DNA of 64,000 nucleotides from the human T2T-CHM13v2.0 reference genome, Homo sapiens, in the NCBI RefSeq assembly GCF_009914755.1, contig NC_060925.1. One strand, written 5' to 3'. The position numbers and the translations under genes were made by a program. Shown here piece by piece: positions 54,178 through 64,000 of this stretch. The notes beneath the pieces were generated by a model that was not told the DNA's origin, ran no database searches, and saw nothing but the letters and a program-made list of their open reading frames with translations. Position 1 is the stretch's first letter. The number at the start of each line of letters is the position of its first letter.

Positions 54178-54949
54178 TCAGCATCCTTTCCTATGATCAG
54201 TAATGCATGATAAACAGGGTTGTAAGCAGAAAAAAATGCAACATTTTGGTTGTGTGCTCCATGGATCAGTCACAGGCTAGCTAAACCATGACAGAAATCT
54301 GTTGTTTCTCACGATGTGTGAGGCAGGGAGACCACGTCTTACTTTTCTTTCATTTCCATGCTTGCCCTTTGAAGAGTCTGTTTAGAGCCAATAAAGTGAT
54401 ACATCTGACACATCCTTAATGATAGATCAAGAGTGCCAGAGAAATATCCAAGCACCTAGAATCGCAAAATGAGAATGAAGCTGTAGAAATCATCGAATCC
54501 AACTTCTTGTCTCCAGATCTTTTTGTTCCTGACATTACCGATTACCTTTCAGCTAGGAAGGACTCTGAAGCAGGGATCAGGTACAAGTCCTCACCTCTTC
54601 CCTCTCTCAACTCTGCTGTCCTTTGTAAGCTGCAAACCCTGACAGACATTTTGCAACCCATCAATTCCAGAAACTTAATCATTACAATATGTTATATATG
54701 TTTTAAGTTAGACTCTACAGAACTTAAGGTGAAGCACAGCAGTAAGCACAGCCTAATAGTAGTGAACTTGAATTCCAGCAAAATATCTTTGTGCTTAAGT
54801 ACTTAACTACATAATTATAAATCATTATGAGACATTTCTCCTTCAGAATTTTATATATGGCTGACTTTACCTGTTTATCTCCAATCGCCAATCTCCTGAA
54901 GAGAGTTAGAGTTTGATATTCTCCTATCTTAACCACTGAGTATAGTTTC

Positions 54950-55511
54950 TCTCATCCATTCATTCTTTACCCATTCATTGAGTTTTTATTCGGTGCAGCA
55001 TAGTAGGCCAAGCTGTACCTGCTATGAAGCTGAAACAGCTAGAGTTCTACCCTCAAAAGTTTACATTGTAGTTAGGAAGATAAATCATGTGCATAGATAA
55101 CAATACTAAAAGGCAAAAATAGTAAAATAAAAACACTTTATGGAATTTTAACGAAGAGAGAGAGTACTTCAAAATATAAGGCTCAGAGAAAGATCGTGAG
55201 GGAAATTATATATGAATTGAATCTTAAAGGCCAGGACATGTAAAAATGGGAGATAACATTCTAAGTGGTGGATAAATAGTGCCAGAAGAAATTCCAGGGA
55301 CTATATGATTAATGGGAAGCAGTTTATTTGGACTGAAGAAAGGGGTCTATCAGTGAAAATATGGGATGTAAGTTGGAATAGTAACTTTGAGTCACCCAAT
55401 ACCAGGCAACAGAGCTCCAACTTAATTGTAGATTATGGGACTCTATGGAAGGTGTTTGGGCAGAAAGGAGTGATTTGATCAGAGACAAATGTTTGTGGTT
55501 AAAGATGCCAT
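54950..55511 (-). mobile_element. Old L2 fragment
   Basis: ccattcattc 3' end; ctaccctcaaaagtttaca; ggaaggtgttt.ggcagaaaggagtgat.tgatcaga. Confidence 0.6.
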
Positions 55512-56740
55512 CCTACACCACAAACACCATCTGTTTTCATGCAGTTTTGGACAACTCTACAATATATAGGTGTCTTGGTGGCTGTAATTGTCAAACAACA
55601 CATGGCAAACACATTCCTTCTCTCATTCCTCCTCTTAGCATTTGTAAAATGCATTAAAATTGCCATGCCATATTTTGTGTGCAAATGATCTCATGTTCCT
55701 TACCACAAGCCTACAAAGTTTATCTTATTGTATAGGCAATGAGACCCATGCTCAAGAAGGTTAGGTGATTTGTGATCTGGTCACAAAGCTGGTTAGTGAT
55801 AAAGTAGACTTGGCATCTTCTCCCTTCAGACCTGGGGAATTTCCCATGATATGGCAGGGTCCTCCGCACATAGTTCTCATTGTACTACCAACAAGTCCTG
55901 TAAAATGTTATGGACCCTTTGATGTGTAGAACATTAGAATAGGTAAGGAAGAGAAAGCTCTTACTGCAGAAATTTAAAGTGTTTCTCTGGGAAATTGATA
56001 CTTCTGAAAAATACAGATAAATATGCTTTTATATACTCAGGGAAGAATCAAGAAAATTTAAAATGGATTAAGGATGATGTTAAACAAAGCATCATATCAT
56101 CTAGAAAATTAAAGCATGGATGGGGATAGGTTTTCTATGAAGACAGGTAAAAAGAAGAGAGCATCATACTCATCCTCAAATACACAAAATCCAAAATACA
56201 TATCTTCTTCCATTCGATTGGCCCTTCAGGGCCCTTTCAAAATACTTTTTCCTCCAAATGACTCCATAAGATAGACAAGGTAGATATTATTTTCCCTGTG
56301 GCAAATAAGAATATCAGGGCTAATGAATTTGCCCCAAATCATGCTAGGACTGAAACTTGGATAGGTCTTGTAGCTTGTAATTCAAAGCTACTTTCACTGC
56401 CTCTCGATCTATATCATCATTGAAGATAATTGAGATGATTCAATAGTGTGTTGTTACGGAGTGCATGCAGTTAGGACATAGAATTCACTCCAGTGGTTCT
56501 GCATACTGATCAACCACGTCTTTTAAGTTTTACTGGGACAGATCTCTGTTGGGCTTTTGGAATGCACTATGGGGTCTGTAAATGAAAGTATGGGATATAG
56601 GTAGGAATAGTAACTTCGAGTCATACAGTACCAGGCAAGAGAGCTTCAACTTAATTCTAGATTATGGGAATCCATGGAACATGTTTGGGCAGAAAAGAGT
56701 GATTGGGTCAGAGACAAATGTTTGTGGTTAAAGATTCCAT
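55342..56740 (+). repeat. Dispersed direct duplication, 170 bp (55342-55511 and 56571-56740)
   Basis: Ungapped manual alignment gives 22 mismatches in 170 bp (~87% identity). Confidence 0.93.
55640..55810 (-). mobile_element. MIR
   Basis: gctcaagaaggttaggtgatttg...ggtcacaaagctggttagtg. Confidence 0.6.
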
Positions 56741-56933
56741 GTCAGAATATGATGCTTAGGAGCAACAGTACCATTTATCTTCCTCGTGGTTTAAATGTTT
56801 TAAAATATTCAAGGTCAAGAGTCCACTTATTCATATTCCCCCTTTATACAGAAAGAAGAAAGGGGAGAGTGACATACAAAGAGACCAACCAGTACCATGA
56901 ATGACTGGGACATTTACTATTACATTCAGTGGC

Positions 56934-56958
56934 GGGGCGGGGGGGGAGCGGGGAAGGG
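56934..56958 (+). other. G-quadruplex-forming motif / GC box
   Basis: GGGG C GGGGGGGG AGC GGGG AA GGG; includes GGGGCGGGG. Confidence 0.7.
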
Positions 56959-59348
56959 AGAAGTACTTTTGCATAAAGCACTGAGAGCTGGAGTAGAAGT
57001 GAAGGAAAGAAAGGAAGAAAGGAAGGTAGACATAGGCTAGGCTCTTCTCCCAGCAGGCAAGAAAGAACACCATTGCCTGGTGCAGGCTGCATCCAGCCCA
57101 GGCCTCAGTTGTTGAGTTGTTAATACAATTTTTTATTAATTAATTATTTTTCATTTAAATGATAATGCACGCATACACTTTTACTCTAGAAACTGTAAAT
57201 AACAAACATGGAACTGACATCTCTGTTGACCAGCACTCAATCTCACTCTTCCCCAGAGCTAACTGCATTTATCAATTTTGGATCTATCCATCCAGAAAGT
57301 TGTCTGTAAATTTACCTGTACATTATGTGTGCATTTAGAAACATATAAGTTTGCTTTGGTGGTGGACTTTTTTTTACATCTCATTAAATATATTAAGAAG
57401 TCAGTTACCTTGGGACACTGTGTAAATTAGAGCGTTAACCCCATTAACCTGATTTCTATGCCCCATAACTCATTTAAAAGCTCATCAGTGGCCTGCAGCA
57501 CTCAAATACTTCACACGGCATTGATTTTGTATTCTTAATAATGCCCAAAGAAGCAATCTTGTTCTGCAATTCCAGTTTAACTCCTAATAAACTGATATTT
57601 GGAAGGAAGTGACAGATAATACACAAAAAAATTCAATTCTGTGAGCAAGAAAATGACCATTAGTGTCAAAATGCTGTCTACTGCCCTGGAGGAAAAAGCA
57701 TAGGCAGCTGTAGTACACACCATTGATGGATGGCAGGATGTTCAATTTAGAACTGTTACTGAACAAAACTGGCCTTTATTCTGAGATAAAGAGAAAATGC
57801 TTTAAAGATCTCATTTTAAAAGCCAAATCAAATGAAATCTTTAGGGCAATAGATATCTCATTTTTTGCATTTATATATTCTTTCAATAACTTGAATATTG
57901 TCAGTTAACATAAGAAAAAGGGTTACCATGGTGTTTTCTCTCCAGAATTTCTAGGATGGCTTCAGTTTGTAGAATGGTATTCGGAAAATTGAGTACCGTC
58001 ACTGTTTGTTCCATTTCTTTGTGATTAATATTCATTGCCAGCACTCTGGCATGTGAAGTGATTGTTCCTTGATTCATGGTGCACGTGTGGGCAGCAACAA
58101 ACACTGAGGAAGTGTCATAATTTTAGGCCATTTACAAAGACCCAGCTACCAAAGCAGATTGCTCAGAGGCCATCCACCCACACTGTGTTCCATGGCACCC
58201 TGACTCTCTGCTGTAAAATTGACCTGAGGTGTCTTGTTTAGTAATGAGCAAAGATTAAGGGAGAACATGTTTTGTTGCTTTTCACTGGTCCATAAAAGTT
58301 GAGAATGACTTCAAATTTGATGGAGGCTTTGCACATTTAACTTGGATTTTTCTCTTGATATCAGTCTTTCCTTGAATAATAGCAATATGGTATGTGTTAG
58401 AGGAGGTGACAATTTGTTAGAAGTTTCAGAAGGCACTGTGAGCTAGTATGCTCTGGAGATGAATTTAAAAGGGATGTGGGATTTGGTGGGGCATGTTGAA
58501 TTTTGGTAAAGCAGAATTACGTTCGTTACCAATGATCCAGTGGGATTGACTGTAGAGTTTCATTGTGTGCAGATTCGCAACTTTCAGCTGTCTCTAAGGA
58601 GGAAAAATAGAGAGTAAAACTCTATTACCTGTTGACTTGCTATTTTTCATTAAGCCCACAGACCCCAAATTGTTTTTCTGCCATGAAAAGAAGTCCCATA
58701 TGGTTGCAAAACTGAAGGGCAATGGACTGGAATCCTAAATCCATTGACAGTTAAGGTAGAAATTGGGTTCCAAGATTTAGCTGGCCAAGGCCTCAGGAGC
58801 TGACTAGACTTACCTCATTTCCCACCTGGGGTCAGGAGTAATATGTGACTCTTGAAGAGCAGCTTTCAAGGCATTAGCATAACTTGTTTCTTCTTTTACT
58901 TTCCAATGGGAAGATGGCTCCAAATGATAGTTTCAAAAGTCCCAGGAAGTTGCCTCTATCTCTAGTGGCTGAAAACTGGAACTAAACAGGGTAGAATGAG
59001 GAAGTGACTTGGAGAGAAGTTGTGCAAAATTAAATTATATAATACAACTTTACATCTGGAAAGAAACTTAGAATTCATTCATTCCAAGAGGTTCTAGGCT
59101 GGTGTAGGGGGGACGCCTATATCAAAATCTCAGGCCTGAATAATTTGAAAATCTGCTCCGCATGATACTGAAATGGGCTGCTCCTTGTTTCATGAATGAG
59201 GTTCAGAGGTATTGAAAGATATATTTCTCATCATACAACTTATAACAAAACTAGAAATTGAATGCATGTCATCTATCAAGTCCTATGGTAATTTCATATC
59301 ATGGAATTATAAAATTTCACTTTTAAATTCCATGTCCACATGTACTTC

Positions 59349-59670
59349 TTTTTTTTTTTTTTTTGAGGGGGTTGGGGGGACAGAGTCCCGCTGTGTCACC
59401 CAGCCTGGAGTGCAGTGATGAGATCTCAGCTCACTGCTAACTCCACCTCTCGGACTCCGCCTCCCGGTTCAAGTGATTCTCCTGCCTCAGCCTCCTGAGT
59501 AGCTAGGATTATAGGTGCCCGCCATCATGCCTGGCTAATTTTTGTATTTTTAGTAGAGACGGGGTTTCACCATGATGGCCAGGTTAGTCTCGAACTCCTG
59601 ACATCAGGTGATCCGCCTGCCTTGGCCTCCCAAAGTGTTGGGATTACAGGAGTGAGCCACCGTGCCCAGC
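59349..59670 (-). mobile_element. AluS (Sx/Sq-like) with a small internal duplication
   Basis: Antisense dimer; ctccacctctcgg followed by ctccgcctcccgg. Confidence 0.93.
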
Positions 59671-60084
59671 AGCCCTTCTTTCTTAATGATGATGGATGGG
59701 GAGACCTAAAGTGGAAAAGAAAAGGAAGGACTGATAAACACATTAGAAGAGAACCATATACGCATCTATTTTGCCCCAAATTCTGATCACTTGATATATC
59801 AGGTATTCAAGTGTCATCATAAAATCTCCAAGTTAGAAGGATCATCTAGGTCACCCCAACATACACACACATGCATGCACGCACACACAGGTACACACAT
59901 TTTAAACACAAAGGATAAAAGCAGATTTGAAAAAATGTTAAAATGATGTGACTGTATCTCAAGAACCTAGGCTTCCATTCCCATGGTCACCATCCGGGAT
60001 TCAGATCTTCAGCATTCCTGTGCCTAGATCACCAGGGTCCTACATGGTATTTCTGCTTCCAGGACCCTGCCCCATTGTCTTGAC

Positions 60085-60560
60085 CATTCTTCACATCATA
60101 GCCTAGAGCTTTGCTGTGATCATCTTGCTCTTCTCTCCTATAAACTTCAGTGGATCAGATCCCACCACACACTTAATAAGGACAAAGCCCCTTATGTGGC
60201 TTTCTTGTCCCAACTTGCCTTTATTGCCTTTTAGGGCTTTTTACTCTTTACTATCCAGGTAATATAAATTTACTTCGCTCAAACAAGGGCCATCCTTTGG
60301 TGACTTAGTGGCTTTGCTTGTATTAATCCTCCTGCCTATATACTCATTATCACACTCCTCACCTTCATTTACCAAACATCTGCCCATCCTTCAAATCCTA
60401 GCACAAGTGTAGAATGTGGTATTCACCTCCTCTAATCATTTTTAACAGTGCTTTTGTAGCTCCCAGGGACCCATGCTGGCCTATGTTATGATTATTTATA
60501 TAATTATTTCTGGATTTTTAACCTAATCTCTTAGATTATAAACTCAGTTGCATTCTCTCT
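60085..60560 (+). mobile_element. L2 fragment
   Basis: tgatcatcttgctc..ctcctataaacttcagtgg; ccatccttcaaatcctagc; tagattataaactc. Confidence 0.55.
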
Positions 60561-60986
60561 CTCTTTTTATCTCACTCGCTTTCCTTTTTTTTTTTTTTTT
60601 TTTTGGCATTCCTCTTAGAACTTATCATTTGCTTTAATATAGCAGATTAGCTGGAGGCATGGTTCAGCAAATGGTCTCATGTAGGCAGAGGAAGAAATCT
60701 AGCAAAATATTTAGTTAACAACAAAAGAGAAAGTGTGTTCTATTCTAAAATTTTCATTACTCTAATAGAAAATGAAGGATTGAGATGACACTTCCACGTT
60801 ACCAGCTAAAAAAGACTTTAATTGCTGACATAGAAGTAGCATGTTCTTCCCCCCAGAAAGAGGAAGAAGCAGGTAAAATTTTAAAAGGCAGGAGCTAAAA
60901 TTGCTAGTTTTAGTTTCTCTTTCAATAGATCCTGGACAGGTAATTTCTATTTAGAGGAGATTGTTTGCCAAGTTTTCTCTGAAACT

Positions 60987-61118
60987 GTGTATATGTGTGT
61001 ATGTGTGTGTGTATATATATATACACATAGAGATATATACTCTATATAATTAGATACATACATACGTGTCTATATATAGACACACATACACATATGCATA
61101 CACACACGTTATATATAC
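60987..61118. repeat. (TG/TA/CA)n low-complexity tract
   Basis: Read directly from the sequence. Confidence 0.9.
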
Positions 61119-61119
61119 A

Positions 61120-61372
61120 GTTTGTTTTGTTTTGAAATATGTATACATTGTGAAATGGCTAAATCAAGCTGATTAGCATATGCATTACCTCACTTATTAT
61201 TTCTTTGTGATAAGAACACTTAAAATTTTCTCTCTTAGCAATTTTCAAGCACACACTAAATTGTTATTCAACATAGTCACCATGCTTCCTATAGTTCTCT
61301 TGAACGTATTCCTCCTAACAGAAATTTTGTATCCTTTGATCAACATCTCCCCACCTTCACCCCACCACCCAC
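61120..61372 (-). mobile_element. L1MA 3' UTR fragment
   Basis: tgaaatatgtatacattgtgaaatggctaaatcaagct.attagcatatgcattacctcac...aacatagtcaccatgc. Confidence 0.88.
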
Positions 61373-61429
61373 CATATATGTCTGTTTAGACTGAGGCTTG
61401 GGAGGTATAAATGGGAGGTTCTATATGTG

Positions 61430-61750
61430 AATGTAAAAAATCAAGGTTTAGGGATTTGATATTTTTGGTGAACTCAATATGAGTCATTAATGCAATGCGC
61501 TTATTTGTTACAGAAGATGTGATTCCAAACTACAAGGAAAGAAATACAGTATCTAGAATAAAGGAGGTGATAGCACACCCCATCTCCACATGGATCAAAC
61601 TATACCTGTTCACTCAGAGGCTACATTTAAGAATAAATTTGGTGGATTAGGCCCTAAGAAGTAGCACTGGGACCAATAGATGACATTTTAACTCAAATTC
61701 AGGAAGAATTTCCCGAGCGTTAGAGCTATATGCTGGTAAAATGGGTGGCC
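61430..61750 (+). mobile_element. L3/CR1 LINE relic
   Basis: aactcaatatgagtc...agaaatacagtatctagaataaaggaggtgatag...ggaagaatttcc..gcgttagagct resemble the L3 RT/3' region. Confidence 0.6.
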
Positions 61751-61834
61751 GTTGCTAATCTTTACCTAGGGTTTATGATAGAACAAACTATGATTTGTTG
61801 TTATTCTATTTAATAAACATTTCTTCCAATAAGT

Positions 61835-61985
61835 AGACTATTATTATCAAGACAGCTTTATGGATAGGGATACTGAGATGCAGAAAGACTAAGTATCTTA
61901 CCCTGAATTATTGGTGAGTAAGTGGCATAGCAGTTAGTCACCCCTTATGCACCTGGCTTTAAAGCCCAGGCTCCCAACCCAAACA
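61835..61985 (-). mobile_element. MIR
   Basis: tattattatc..tttatggatagggatactgag...gtaagtggca...ctggctttaaagccc. Confidence 0.65.
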
Positions 61986-63754
61986 CTGATATTCATTTTG
62001 ATAACTGTGGACAGAAGAAGTAGAGGGGTGGAGGAGAAGACGGCCAGAACTTTGTACATGGAATGCAGTGTGAACTAAGGAAAGAGGGCTTATAAAAAGA
62101 TGTCTTAATTTTTTTTCCAACTGCCAGATGGAAGCAGTATTTCATCTGCCTTGACAGGACTAGTCTATTTTCAAGATGGCAGAGGTCACAGATGGGCTGA
62201 ATGGCATATTTGCAGATAAGAGATTGTAATCAAATCACAGTAAATTTTCCATTACACTCTACTTAGTAACAATGTAAAAAAGTTACACAATGCATATGAA
62301 AGAGCCAGTTAACAAGGAGAAACTAGAAAACTGAGGAAATGCTTCCTTTCTGAGGTGTTCAGGGACTTTATATAAATAAGAGGTAGCAAAACAGCAGCTC
62401 ATGAGCCAAATTAGGATCTCAACTCACTGACATTGTTTTGTTTTCATTTGATTTTTACTCTGCTAGGTTTTTATTTTTGTTTTGGTTTGGGTTTGGGTTT
62501 GGGTTTTTTGATAATTACTTGTCAATATTTTTAAATGAAGATATTTACAAGTTTTTCTTGAAAAGTCCAACCTAGTCCTGCTGGGCCTGAATCCACAGGT
62601 TGAAAGTCTTGTGTCTCCAGAAGGCTCCACCATGCCCAGTTCTCTTAGATATTGCTTATACATGTCAGCATTGCTGTGGCGTGTCACCCGCCCAGCTCTC
62701 ATGTAGTTCCGTGAGCTTGGACCCACCATTTGTGCCAGCTTTGAGAATATTTGTTTATGCTTACTTGAGTTCCTGAAATGAAAAAGTCATAATTTTATTT
62801 CTGAAAACATTTCTTAAAGAGACATTTGAAACAACTTAGTAAATCTAAAGAACAACAAAACAACTAACAGCTTAGGTCTTGCATACCGAATTACAGCCTC
62901 TGGCCTGTTTTCATGGCTTCACCATTAATGTTTATGTATCATGGCCAGCCATTCACTTTCAGATGAGTTCTTGCTTACTCTTTTTAACTACACATTATTT
63001 TTGTTTTTCCAAAGTATCACTCTTAAGAATTGCCTTTATAGAATTAGACCTGAAGTTAGTATTGATTTTATAAAATAAAAGTTTGGTATAGAGTAATTTG
63101 TCAATAGAAGGATAGGTGGGAAAATTTGTTAAGTGCGCACTAACAAAGCTTCAACTGTTGAAGAAGAAAATGTATCTCCATAGGCTTATCTCAGGTCAGT
63201 GATTTTTAAGTGAAACTTACAACTTTTTTTTTTTTCTAAAAAGCTATGATTTAATAGACATTTTCTGGGCCAGGGCTTTTGTGGATACCATAAATTTGTG
63301 CTTTGTTTCCGTGTGAATTTTCTTTCCGACATAGATGGTAGCATCAATGTCATTTTTAAAGTAACTTCCAGAAAACGCTTTCTCTTGAAAGGCCTATAAC
63401 AAAAATTACATTCTTGGGACTACTATAGTTACTGGCTGTTTGAGACTTGAACATATATCTAGTCATAAAGGGAAAATTATTACTCCTAGTAGGCATCTAC
63501 TAATTTGTTGTTACAAGTTTGAAAAAATCCAACAGACTTTATCGAAATTCAATCAAACTAATTGCCTCAATATCACAGAAAGGATTCTCGGTCTAATGCA
63601 CCAATGGATAAGCCAATAAAAAATACAGTAGTACTTCCACCTTTGCCAGGTTATGAGAAAAAACTGAGACATTTCCCCAACAGCAAAGGAGCAAATGGCA
63701 GAGTGATATGGAGAATTCATGGTAAATGCTAATTCAGAGGAACAGCCAATATAA

Positions 63755-63955
63755 ATCAGCGTTTCCCGAAGTGAATTGTGAGGAAGGAATACCCAAGGAT
63801 ATTAAGAAATGTTATACCCACAATTTTTTTAAACCTGTGATCATGTAAGTTTGGGAAACAGTGACTCAATGAAACCAAACATTTTCCTTTGCTACAGTAC
63901 TTCTGTGAGTTTTTATTACGTTACTATGTGACTATAAATGGTGAATTCCCAGGAA
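63755..63955. mobile_element. MER103-like hAT relic
   Basis: cagcgtttcccgaagtg...gtgatcatgtaagtttgggaaaca. Confidence 0.45.
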
Positions 63956-64000
63956 AGATAAGCGGCATAGAGTAATGCTTAAAAGAAGTCCAGTTTTGAT

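Noticed and set aside
62476-62510. (TTTGGG)3 telomere-like run
   Set aside because: Not TTAGGG and too short; a simple repeat derived from a T-rich tract.

Overview
Primate, almost certainly human, non-coding genomic DNA (intronic or intergenic). Evidence: 18 Alu elements including one AluYa5-lineage copy, plus primate MaLR and ERV1 LTRs. I recognise no protein-coding exon, rRNA, tRNA, snoRNA/miRNA, CRISPR array or canonical CpG island, and I cannot name the locus. The supplied ORFs are mostly Alu, L1, LTR or microsatellite read-throughs, or unrecognisable chance ORFs. Much of the window is a fossil record of transposons: Alu J/S/Y and FRAM, L1 fragments, L2, MIR, L3/CR1, THE1/MST/MLT1, MER41/MER31/MER34-type LTRs, Tigger2 and hAT MERs. 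Subfamily names are from memory of consensus sequences and need RepeatMasker confirmation. I cannot establish a new biological system from sequence alone. The best leads are: (1) a perfectly phased six-unit heat-shock element at 18949-18978, apparently built by tandem slippage; (2) a cluster of seven perfect AP-1 sites at 28.3-34.6 kb; (3) a MER41 LTR carrying a GAS motif; (4) an old L1 with a likely 46-nt 3' transduction; (5) a 170-bp, 87%-identical local duplication flanking a perfect NF-kB site; (6) a composite VNTR with nested (CA)n; (7) a young AluYa4/Ya5-like insertion.
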